This document shows, one piece after another, positions 29,302 to 38,211 of a DNA stretch of 64,000 nucleotides. The translations under genes and the position numbers were made by a program. Source of the stretch: an uncultured bacterium (GTDB lineage: Bacteria; Planctomycetota; UBA1135; GCA-002686595). The notes under the pieces were generated by a model. It did no database searches. It was not told where the DNA came from and saw only the letters and a program-made list of their open reading frames with translations. Numbering within the stretch: the first letter of the stretch is position 1; each line of letters begins with the position of its first letter. The stretch lies in NCBI GenBank assembly GCA_943787795.1, contig CALSNU010000001.1, positions 960,001-1,024,000 of the forward strand, written 5' to 3'.

Positions 29302-30456
29302 ATGACGTTCGGCCTCCTCCTGACCGCCCTCCTCGCGCCTGCCCCGGTCGCAGAGCACGCCTCACTCGACGTGAAGGCGTACCGGACCTGGAAGATCGAG
29401 CTCCCCGCCGACCCCTTCCAGAAGGTCTCAGGCACCATCCCGATTCCCCACGCCGATGGAGCGGGCTTCCTCGTGGAGCCCCGCGGCCAGGGCCTCGCGA
29501 TCGACACCGATGGTGACGGCGAGGTGGACCGCGAGCTCAACGGGCGGAAGGACCCGGACACCCAGGTGCGCCACGCCCGCGTGGTGCTGACGGGCAAGGC
29601 GACCGACGGCGGAGACCTCCGCTACCCCGTCCGCTTCAAGGACGAGGGCTCCGGTTGGACCTGGGCCGCGGGCGGCGCGCTCGTCGGTCAGGTCGGCGGC
29701 GTCGGGCTGCAGATCATCGACCTCGACGGCAACGGATCGTTCCACGACGTGGGCCGTGACGCCGTCGTCGTGGGCGGCACAGGCGTCGCGCAGTTCCTCG
29801 GCGAGACCCTCGCCGTGGGGGACGGGCTCATGAGCCTGACCTTCGAGGACGGGGATCGCGGCCTCGCGGTCGAGCCCTTCGATGGCGCCACAGGGACCCT
29901 GGATATCGCCACCGACTTCGGGGGCAAGGGCGTGATGCTCGCGGCCGTCGTGCAGTCCGTGGACGGCCGCCAGAGCTTCGAGCTGGGCGCGCACGATGGA
30001 AAGGTGACGGTCCCCGCAGGCAGCTATCGCCTCGTCACCGCAGCGCTGGGCCTCGGCGACGCGAGGGTCGAGGTGGACCCCGCGCGCATGAAGGCCGTCA
30101 AGGTCTCCGGCGACGCCACCGCCAAGCTGGGATGGGGCGCGCCCATTCGCGCCACCTTCGACTACGAGCGCGAGGGCGGCGAGCTGACGTTCGACCCGCG
30201 TCGGGTGAGCTACGTCGGCGCAGGCGGCGAGCGTTGGATTGGCTGGAACCCGATCGGCAAGAGCCCGAAGTTCCAGGTCAAGGAGAAGGACACCGGCGAC
30301 GTCCTCGTGGACGTGGTGTTCCCTGGCTCTTGCTGAGGCAAGGGCTTCGTTCCGGCCACCGTGAGTGTGCCGGCCACCAAGGACATCACCGTCGACATGA
30401 CCGCCCAGACCTGGGCCTTTGGCGAGATCCAGGGAGCTCCGCTGGCGAGCCGCTGA
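29302..30456 (+). CDS. Secreted protein with probable selenocysteine (TGA 30334-30336, motif GSCUG), 384 aa
   Basis: Signal-like N-terminus, DTDGDG and DLDGNG loops; 39 GC3-rich sense codons follow the TGA; SECIS-like hairpin. The ORF to 30336 is secure, the read-through is inferred. Confidence 0.65.
30352..30373 (+). promoter_or_regulatory. Candidate bacterial SECIS hairpin
   Basis: CCGGC-CAC-[CGTGA]-GTG-T-GCCGG; the loop follows a 23-nt spacer after UGA, with G at loop position 2. Confidence 0.55.
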
Positions 30457-30457
30457 T

Positions 30458-30508
30458 CCGTTGAACTTCAAGAGCCGTTGAACTTCAAGAGCCGTTGAAC
30501 TTCAAGAG
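30458..30508. repeat. Three perfect tandem 17-bp units CCGTTGAACTTCAAGAG
   Basis: Read directly; each unit contains the inverted repeat TTGAA-C-TTCAA. Confidence 0.95.
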
Positions 30509-30627
30509 GCGGACCGGTGGGAGCACCGGGCGCCCCGTCGCGCGCTCGATAGCGAGTTCGCGCTGACGGTCCCGACACCACCTTCGGCGGGCCCCATAGG
30601 GCCCGCCGAAAACACTCCCTTCCCTCC

Positions 30628-33030
30628 GTGCCCTTCGCTGCCCACTCGCTCCTCGGCGTCTCCCTGCTCCTCTGCGCTCCCGCGGCCGCCCACGCCCATC
30701 CGGGTGAGGCTCAGGGCGGTGGCTCGATGGCCGTCTCCGTCGTCGGGCAGCGCCTGATCGTCTCCTGCGACCTCTCCACGGCGGCGAACCGGATCCCGGT
30801 CAACCTCTTCGTGGAGCTCGAGGGGCGCCACGGCCTCCAGCTGGCCAACAAGGCCGCGGCGGGCCTCAAGGCGGAGACGAGCGACGGCAAGCCGCGCCCG
30901 ATCACCATGCACTTCGGCGACTTCGAGGTCGTCGTCCCCGCCCGGGAGCTCGGGGACGAGGACCTCTTCGCCGCCTTCACCAAGTACCACTCCGCCGAGA
31001 TGGGGGAGAACGCCCTGGTGGGATCGATCGGGGTCGAGGTCCTCCGGGATTGGGACGTCACGCTCCGCGTGGGCGACGGGCAGATCGACCTCAGCCCGAT
31101 CCAGGCGGACGCCCCGGCCCCGCCGATGGCGCTCAACATCATGGACGACGGCACCGTCGTCGCGCCCCTGACGCTCATCGACGACATGGCGTGGATCCCG
31201 GTCCGCTGGAGCGACGGGGCGGCGGGGGGGCTGATGGTGGGGACCGCCGTGTACGACACGCGCATCGACGCCCGCGCCGCAGCCCGCCGTGGGCGACCCG
31301 CCGGGGACGTGGGCCCGATCAAGCTGGCGGACATTGACCTGCATCGCTACGTCGCGTTCCGGCCCGAGCCGGTGGTGCAGGTGCACCCGGACAGCGTCGT
31401 CGGCGTCACCGGGGTCAACCTCCTGCGCTGCCTCGAGGTGTCCCTGGACAGGAGCAAGAGCGAGCTTCGCGTGCGGCCGGTGCGCGAGGCGCAGTTCCCC
31501 GACGCAGACCTGCAGTTCTTCCAGGCCCGCGCAGACGAGGACCCCGACGCCGTGCTGGGCTTTCTCGAGGAGCACCCCGAGGAGCGCCTCGCCGGCGAGG
31601 CCGCGCGCCTCCTCCTGGACTACCGCATCGAGGACGCCGCCCCCTCGGATGAGATCGACTCCGCCGTCCAGTGGGTCTTTGAGACCGAGGTCGGCGACCT
31701 GCGCACCACGCGCATGCTCGACCTGATGAAGGAGATGAGCGACGCGGGCGAGGTCGGCGTCGTGATCGCGGCGGGCCGACTCGGTGTGGATGCGGGCCGC
31801 GACGACCGTTACCCGAACGCCGTGCACGAGGTGCACGGGCTCCTCGGGCGGACGCTCCTGGACGAGGGCGAGGGCGACGAGGCCTGGCGGCACCTGCTCT
31901 CGGCCGCCTTCGGGCTGCCTGAGGACGGCAGCATCAACCTGGACCTCGGCCGCTTCTACGAGCAGCAGGGCCGCTACCGCCGGGCCTTCTCCCGCTACGT
32001 CCAGGCCGTCATCCGGCCCGAGTCGGGCGCGGGTGGGCTCGAGGGCCTGCAGCGGGTGCAGTCGCTGCTGAAGAACGATGAGGGGGACGCGGAGCCGTTC
32101 TCGGTGCGGACCATCGAGCGGATGATCGCGGGCAAGGTGCGCAACTTCGGCGCCTCCAGCCGCTTCGTCCCCGACGAGGAGAACCCCGCGCTGCGCACGG
32201 TGCTGTGCGAGTTCTTCACCAACGGGCACCTGGGCTCCGAGGAGCGCGGCGGCGCCATCGGCGGGGCGCTGGCCTTCGAGGGCCTCGAGGGCCGCTTCGA
32301 CCCCGAGCACGTGGTGCTGCTGCAGTACCACCTCCCCGCGCCCCAGCCGGACGCCCTGTGCTCCAGCGTGGCCCGGACAAGGGCCTCCGTCCTGGGCGTA
32401 GGGGACCCGACGGTGATGGTGCTCGACGGCAAGACGGGCTCGCCCGGAGCAGGACGCTGGCGCCAGGCCGAGGCGATCTACGACCGCGCGCGCAAGATCG
32501 CCGTGAAGCGCATGGCGAAGCTCACCGACTACGACGTCGACATCTCCGCGCGGATCGAGGGCGACCGGGTGGTGGGCTCCGCGATCGTGACCGGCGCAGA
32601 GGAGACTGGGCTGCGCGTCCAGGTGCTCCTCGCGGAGGCCGCGGTGCTCTATCCCGGCTCCAGCGGAGTGGTGGTTCACCGCCACGTGGCCCGCGCGTCG
32701 CTGCTCGGCGACGACATGGGCGCCTGGTTTGAGCCGGAGGAATTCGAGCAGGAGTTCAGCTTTGACCGCAGCCTCACGGAGATCGAGTCCGAGCAGGTCG
32801 CCTTCCTCGGCGAACTGGAGGCCGAGGGCCTCGGGACCGCGCCGTTGATCTCCACCCGGGTGGATCCGGCGGAGGCGCGGGTCGTGGCGTTCCTCTACGA
32901 CGGGAGCACCGGCGAGGTGTTGGCGGCCTATTCGGTCAAGCCGACCGCGGCCGACGGCGCCGCGGGTGTCACCGAGCCGAGCGAGGAGGCCCCGCAGGAC
33001 GCTGATGGCGCCGGGAGCGGCGGGCGGTGA
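30628..33030 (+). CDS. Secreted multidomain protein: two degenerate retropepsin-like domains, TPR region, thioredoxin/Omp28-like domain
   Basis: Signal peptide; GSIGVEVLRDWDVTL and GVTGVNLLRCLEVSLD; LGRFYEQQGRYRRAF; VLCEFFTN..VVLLQYHL..HRHVARA. Confidence 0.6.
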   Translation: MPFAAHSLLGVSLLLCAPAAAHAHPGEAQGGGSMAVSVVGQRLIVSCDLSTAANRIPVNLFVELEGRHGLQLANKAAAGLKAETSDGKPRPITMHFGDFEVVVPARELGDEDLFAAFTKYHSAEMGENALVGSIGVEVLRDWDVTLRVGDGQIDLSPIQADAPAPPMALNIMDDGTVVAPLTLIDDMAWIPVRWSDGAAGGLMVGTAVYDTRIDARAAARRGRPAGDVGPIKLADIDLHRYVAFRPEPVVQVHPDSVVGVTGVNLLRCLEVSLDRSKSELRVRPVREAQFPDADLQFFQARADEDPDAVLGFLEEHPEERLAGEAARLLLDYRIEDAAPSDEIDSAVQWVFETEVGDLRTTRMLDLMKEMSDAGEVGVVIAAGRLGVDAGRDDRYPNAVHEVHGLLGRTLLDEGEGDEAWRHLLSAAFGLPEDGSINLDLGRFYEQQGRYRRAFSRYVQAVIRPESGAGGLEGLQRVQSLLKNDEGDAEPFSVRTIERMIAGKVRNFGASSRFVPDEENPALRTVLCEFFTNGHLGSEERGGAIGGALAFEGLEGRFDPEHVVLLQYHLPAPQPDALCSSVARTRASVLGVGDPTVMVLDGKTGSPGAGRWRQAEAIYDRARKIAVKRMAKLTDYDVDISARIEGDRVVGSAIVTGAEETGLRVQVLLAEAAVLYPGSSGVVVHRHVARASLLGDDMGAWFEPEEFEQEFSFDRSLTEIESEQVAFLGELEAEGLGTAPLISTRVDPAEARVVAFLYDGSTGEVLAAYSVKPTAADGAAGVTEPSEEAPQDADGAGSGGR

Positions 33031-34553
33031 GCGCCGACCAGGACCTCACCCGCGACCTCGATCAGATCGAGGGGCGCGCAGGCTCCATGCTCCAGGGCGT
33101 CGAGTCCCGGGCGGCGTTCATGGCGGCGGGCTTCCGGGCGCTGCCGCTGCTGGCCGCGGTGCCGGCGGCCTTCGTCCTCATCCAGCTCATGCGCTGGGCA
33201 GGGGGCGGTGAGCCCGCCATTCTCCCGCTGCCCTTCGTGCTGCTGCTCAGCCTCCTCGCGCCGGGGATCCCCGCCGCGAGAGCGGCGGCCGCCGCCCGGG
33301 CGAGCCGGATCTCTCGAGCCCGCGCCCTCGCGGAGGCCGACCGGCAGCTGGACCTCTCGGACCGGCTGGTGACCGCTGACGAATTCCTGCGCCACGGCGC
33401 CCGGACCGGCTTCCAGCAGGCCGCGGTGGAGGACGCCGCGCGGCGCAGCGAGGCGGCCGCGAGCTCCGCGCTCGAGGCCCCGGAAGCGGCGATCGCCGGG
33501 TCACGAGGGCTGCCGGCGTGGGGCGCGCTCTCGGTCGTCCTGCTGGCGCTCTCCGCATGGGTCAGCACGTTCGAGCCGCGGCCCGTGGGCGGCGGAGGGT
33601 TGACCGAGACCGCGGCCGCCGAGGCCGGAGAACCGCTCGACGAGGAGGCCGCCGAGGACGCGGTGACGGCCGAGGATCGCGCGGCCCCCGCGCCGCCCGA
33701 GGCCGTGCCCACGGAGCGCCGCGCCCAGGACCCCGCCGAGGCCAAGCGGTCGGAGAGCGGCGAGGACGTGGACGACTCCGTGAAGGAGTCCTCCGGCCGC
33801 ACCGGCGCGGGCCGCTCCTCCGGCGCGCTCTCTTCCTCCGCGGCCAGCGAGTCGCGCAGCGCGCCCTCCACCCAGGGCCAGTCGTCGAAGCCGGCCGAGC
33901 GCGATAAGAAGAAGCGCGAGTCCAAGAAGAAGAAGGAGCGCAAGACCGGCGAGCAGCCGACCCCTGAGCGCCGCCCCGAGGACGAGCAGTCCGGCGCGAC
34001 GGCGGGGAAGGGCTCCTCCAAGGGCTCGAACCGCAACCCCACGGCGTCCGAGTGGCAGAGCAAGGATCAGGTGACCGAGGTCGACGACCAAGAGGTCGAG
34101 GACGACGAGGACACCGACGAGGACGAGGAGGAGCAGGAGAACCGCGGCGGCGTCCAGCCGAGCCTCAGGGACCGCCGCCCGCCGGTGAGCCGCGACCTCC
34201 AGATCGGCTTCGGCAACCGCGCCAACCCCGACGCCAACGGGCGGGGCGGCCCCTCCGAGCAGAAGAAGTCACGGGGCGTCGCGTCCCTGGTCCTCGGCGT
34301 CCCCGTGCCCGACCGGGTCAAGGGCCGCCCCGGCCCCGGCCCGACGAAGATCACCCAGGAGCGCATCGAGCCCCAGGCCGAGGAGGCCGGCGCCCTCGTC
34401 GCCTCTGCCCGGGCCGCGCGCTCACGCCCCGTCCCCGCCCTCTCCAGCGTCGAACTCGGCCCCCAGCTCCGCGAGCTGGTGCGCGCCTACTTCCTCGCGC
34501 GCCGCGCCGCGGCGCCCCCGGCTGCAGCGCCCCCTGCACGCAAGCCGCAATAG
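33027..34553 (+). CDS. Membrane protein with long low-complexity charged C-terminus
   Basis: Three TM segments, ADRQLDLSDRLVTA, Lys-rich then Asp/Glu-rich tracts; directly before MoxR. Confidence 0.7.
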   Translation: MSADQDLTRDLDQIEGRAGSMLQGVESRAAFMAAGFRALPLLAAVPAAFVLIQLMRWAGGGEPAILPLPFVLLLSLLAPGIPAARAAAAARASRISRARALAEADRQLDLSDRLVTADEFLRHGARTGFQQAAVEDAARRSEAAASSALEAPEAAIAGSRGLPAWGALSVVLLALSAWVSTFEPRPVGGGGLTETAAAEAGEPLDEEAAEDAVTAEDRAAPAPPEAVPTERRAQDPAEAKRSESGEDVDDSVKESSGRTGAGRSSGALSSSAASESRSAPSTQGQSSKPAERDKKKRESKKKKERKTGEQPTPERRPEDEQSGATAGKGSSKGSNRNPTASEWQSKDQVTEVDDQEVEDDEDTDEDEEEQENRGGVQPSLRDRRPPVSRDLQIGFGNRANPDANGRGGPSEQKKSRGVASLVLGVPVPDRVKGRPGPGPTKITQERIEPQAEEAGALVASARAARSRPVPALSSVELGPQLRELVRAYFLARRAAAPPAAAPPARKPQ

Positions 34554-34596
34554 CCCCCTCACCGTCTCCACCGAGCCACGGAAAGCCCCTGTTCCC

Positions 34597-35613
34597 ATGA
34601 CTGATCCCAACGCCGACGCCGCGCGCGCCGATGCCCAGCGTTTCCGCGAGACCTACGAGTCCATCCGAGCCGAGGTCTCCCGACGCATGGTCGGCCAGGC
34701 CGACGTCATCGAGGGGGTGCTGACGGCGCTCCTCGCGGGCGGCCACGTGCTGCTCGAGGGCGTGCCTGGGCTCGGCAAGACCATGCTGGTCTCTTCCCTG
34801 GGTGAGGCGCTGAAGCTCAGCTTCAGCCGGATCCAGTTCACCCCCGACATGATGCCGGCGGACGTGCGCGGCACGTCGGTGCTGGTGGAGAGCGAGGGCG
34901 GCGGCCACGAGCTGCAGTTCGAGCAGGGACCCATCGTGGCCAACCTGGTGCTCGCGGACGAGATCAACCGGGCGACGCCCAAGACCCAATCGGCGCTCCT
35001 CGAGGCCATGCAGGAGCGGCAGCTCACCATCGGGCGCCGCACCATCAAGCTCGAGGAGCCGTTCTGCGTCATGGCGACCCAGAACCCGGTGGAGCAGGAG
35101 GGCACGTACCCGCTGCCCGAGGCCCAGCTGGACCGCTTCCTCTTCAAGCTCGTGGTGGGCTACCCCGAGGAGGGCGACTACCGGGAGATCCTCCGCCGGA
35201 CCACCGGCGAGCAGGAGGTCGAGCTCAGCTCCGTCTCCAACGCCGACACCATCAACGCCATGCGCAGCACCGTGCGCCAGGTCCCCGTCCCCGAGCACGC
35301 CGAGGACTACGCCATCCGCCTCGTCATGGGGACCCAGCCCGGCAGCGCCTACGCGCCTGAGCTCGTGAACCGCTATGTCTCCCTGGGGTCGAGCCCCCGC
35401 GGGGCCCAGGCGCTCCTGCTCGGCGCCAAGGTGAAGGCGCTCCTCGCGGGCCGCTTCGCCGTGGCCACCGAGGACATCGCCGCCGTCGCGCGTCCGGTGC
35501 TCCGCCACCGCGTGCTCCTCGGCTTCGAGGGGCTCTCCGAGGGCGTCACCACCGACCAGGTGGTGGACGAGGTGCTGGCCAAGCTCCCGGTCCCCCAGGA
35601 GGCGGCCGGTTGA
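34597..35613 (+). CDS. moxR: MoxR-family AAA+ ATPase
   Basis: HVLLEGVPGLGKT, RIQFTPD, LADEINRATPKTQSALLEAMQE, ATQNP, PLPEAQLDRF, SPR. Confidence 0.96.
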   Translation: MTDPNADAARADAQRFRETYESIRAEVSRRMVGQADVIEGVLTALLAGGHVLLEGVPGLGKTMLVSSLGEALKLSFSRIQFTPDMMPADVRGTSVLVESEGGGHELQFEQGPIVANLVLADEINRATPKTQSALLEAMQERQLTIGRRTIKLEEPFCVMATQNPVEQEGTYPLPEAQLDRFLFKLVVGYPEEGDYREILRRTTGEQEVELSSVSNADTINAMRSTVRQVPVPEHAEDYAIRLVMGTQPGSAYAPELVNRYVSLGSSPRGAQALLLGAKVKALLAGRFAVATEDIAAVARPVLRHRVLLGFEGLSEGVTTDQVVDEVLAKLPVPQEAAG

Positions 35614-36527
35614 TCGAGGAGGGCCGCGACCCCGCCGGCCTCGAGTCGGGCCAGCTGTTCGACGCCGCGTTCCTCGCGGCGGCGCAGCGGCTCCGTCTCG
35701 TGGCTCGACGCGTGGCGCCACGCGGCCGCTTCGCCGACCAGCGCTCCAAGGACCGCGGCTCCGGCCTCGAGTTCCAGGACTACCGCCCCTACGTGGCGGG
35801 CGATGACCTGCGGGCCATCGACTGGACCGTGTACCGGCGTCTCGGCCGCGTCTTCCTGCGCCTCTTCGAGGAGCACGAGGACCTCCCGCTCTACCTGCTC
35901 CCCGACGTCTCGCGGAGCGCCTGGGTGGAGAGCGAGCCGCGCGCGGTGCCCGGCCTCCAGGCGTGCCTCGCCCTCGCGGCCGTCGCACTGGGCCAGCACG
36001 ACAGCGTGGGGGTCTTCCCCTTCGCCGATGACCTGACCGTCCTCCAGCGACCCACCTCCGGCAAGAACCGGGTCATGGAGCTCGCGCACCGGCTGGAGAG
36101 CGTCACGCCGGGCGGGGAGACCGACCTCGGCACGGCGCTGCGCCGCTTCCGCGGCCTCGGCCTGCGCGAGGGCCTCGTGGTCATCGTCTCGGACTTCTTC
36201 GACCCCGGCGGGATCGAGGCGGTCACCGAGGCCCTCTCGGGGCTCCGGCACCGGCTCCTCCTGGTTCAGCTCGTGCGGAGCTCTGACCGTGAGCCCTCCT
36301 GGGCGCGCGGAGACCTGCGGCTCGTGGACTGCGAGAGCGGGGACGCCCAGGACGTGTCGGTCACGCCCCAGGTGCTCGATCGCTACCGCGCGGCCTATGA
36401 CCGCTTCGCCGAGGGGCTCGCGGACCTCGCGCGCCGCCGCGGCGCGGGGCTGCTCGCTCTGGATGTGGAGTCCGACGTGATCCCCCAGGTGGCGGACCTC
36501 TTCGAGAACGGGAGGCGCGAAGTTTGA
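35610..36527 (+). CDS. DUF58 domain protein
   Basis: GSGLEFQDYRPYVAGDDLRAIDW, DVSRS, IVSDFFD; follows moxR. Confidence 0.92.
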   Translation: MIEEGRDPAGLESGQLFDAAFLAAAQRLRLVARRVAPRGRFADQRSKDRGSGLEFQDYRPYVAGDDLRAIDWTVYRRLGRVFLRLFEEHEDLPLYLLPDVSRSAWVESEPRAVPGLQACLALAAVALGQHDSVGVFPFADDLTVLQRPTSGKNRVMELAHRLESVTPGGETDLGTALRRFRGLGLREGLVVIVSDFFDPGGIEAVTEALSGLRHRLLLVQLVRSSDREPSWARGDLRLVDCESGDAQDVSVTPQVLDRYRAAYDRFAEGLADLARRRGAGLLALDVESDVIPQVADLFENGRREV

Positions 36528-38206
36528 CCTTCACCGCGCTCTCCGGCTCCGCGCTCCTCGGCGGGCTCGTCGCCACGGCCGCCGTGCTCTACGCGCTGCA
36601 GCGCCTGCGCGTGCGCCACGAGTCGCGCACGGTGGTGACCTCGCTCTTCTGGCGCGAGGCCACCGAGGAGACCCGCGCGCGCTCGCTCTTCGAGCGCTTC
36701 CGGCACCCGCTGGCGTACGCCATGGCGCTCCTGTGCGCGGGGCTGATGCTCCTCGGCGCGGGGCGCCTCGACGCGGACCGTGATGAGGGCCTGCGCCACG
36801 TCCTCCTCCTGGACGCATCCGCTGGCATGGCCCGCACCGTGGGCGAGACCACTCGCTTCGCACAAGCCCAGGCCGCGCTCGCCGCGGAGCTGGAGCAGAG
36901 CCCCCGCGACCGCACGGAGGTGCTGTGGTGCGGCGAGCACGTGCGGACGATCCTCGCGCCTGGGGAAGACCGCGCCCTCCTAGGGCCGCGGCTCGCCGGC
37001 CGGAACCCCGACCTCGCCCCGGGGACCCTGGACCGGGCGCTTCGCTCGAGGGCCAGCATGGGGGACGGGGAAGGCGCCGGTCGCCGCTTCGTCCTCTTCG
37101 GCGACACGCCCGTGGCGCCCTCCACCCTGGCCGCGCTCGGCGCGGACGAGCGGGTGGAGCGAGCGGCCCTCGCACCCGTCATCGACGGCGGCGTGGGCAT
37201 CACCGCCATGGGGGTCTCGGAGCCGGCCTCGGGCCGCTGGGGCATGGTGGACCTCTTCATCGAGACCCGAGGCGGCTCGACCAGCCTCTTCGACCTCATC
37301 TTGACCCTCGACGGCGAGCGCTTCGAGCGTGGCGTTGTGATCGGCACGGACGGGGATCGTCGCGGCTTCCTGATCTCCGATGTTCCCGCCGCGGGGGCGC
37401 TGCTCGAAGCGCGCCTCGACACGGCTGGAGAGGCAGCGGACGGTGACCTTGTGGCCGACGACGTGGCGTCGATCCGGCTCCCCAGTCGCCCGCCGATCCG
37501 AGTCGCCGTGGACGGTCTGGCCCCGGCGTTCGGAGCTGCGGTCCGCGCCGTCCTTGCGGCGGACACCGCCGTGGAGCTGGTGGAGGGAGCGGGTGAGGCC
37601 GACGTGGTCGTCGGCGGTGCCTCAGCGGGCCGTCCGTCCCTGCGCTTTCCCTCCTCTACCGACCAGGAGGAGGCGATCCTCATCGGGCACGACCGCGAGG
37701 AGGACTCCAACTCGGCGCTCGCGAGCGCGGTGGGGGAGCTCGGCCTGGACCGCGTGGACGCCTCCGCCCTCGCGGAGTCCCTCGGCCGGCCCCTCGCCGT
37801 CGGTGCGCTCCCCTCCGACGTCCGGAGCGTGGCCATCTGGTCCGACCTCATGGACCCGAGCCGCACGAGCTTCCTCGAGAGCCGTGCGTTCCCTGTGCTG
37901 GTGGGCCGGTCCATCCGGTGGCTCGCGGCGGTCCCTGACCTGACGCCTTATCGCGCCATCGGCCGGCTCGAACCGACCGCCCTCGACGGGGCGCGATCGT
38001 CGCTCGCGGCGATGGTGACCGTGGACCTCGACGCGGCGTCGCTCCTGGACCCGGCGACGACCGCGCCGGTGACGGCGGGCGTCTCCCTCGCCGAGCCCAG
38101 CCCCGAAGGCGCGGGCCCGTGGCGCCTGTACACCTGGGTCCTCCTCCTTGCCCTCGCCGCCCTCTCGGCGGAGTGGGCCCTCTTCCAGCGCGGACGCATG
38201 CCCTGA
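36524..38206 (+). CDS. BatA-like N-terminal membrane domain plus VWA domain protein
   Basis: LYALQRLR..VVTSLFW, LLLDASAGM, C-terminal TM ending AEWAL. Confidence 0.82.
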   Translation: MTFTALSGSALLGGLVATAAVLYALQRLRVRHESRTVVTSLFWREATEETRARSLFERFRHPLAYAMALLCAGLMLLGAGRLDADRDEGLRHVLLLDASAGMARTVGETTRFAQAQAALAAELEQSPRDRTEVLWCGEHVRTILAPGEDRALLGPRLAGRNPDLAPGTLDRALRSRASMGDGEGAGRRFVLFGDTPVAPSTLAALGADERVERAALAPVIDGGVGITAMGVSEPASGRWGMVDLFIETRGGSTSLFDLILTLDGERFERGVVIGTDGDRRGFLISDVPAAGALLEARLDTAGEAADGDLVADDVASIRLPSRPPIRVAVDGLAPAFGAAVRAVLAADTAVELVEGAGEADVVVGGASAGRPSLRFPSSTDQEEAILIGHDREEDSNSALASAVGELGLDRVDASALAESLGRPLAVGALPSDVRSVAIWSDLMDPSRTSFLESRAFPVLVGRSIRWLAAVPDLTPYRAIGRLEPTALDGARSSLAAMVTVDLDAASLLDPATTAPVTAGVSLAEPSPEGAGPWRLYTWVLLLALAALSAEWALFQRGRMP

Positions 38207-38211
38207 ACGTC

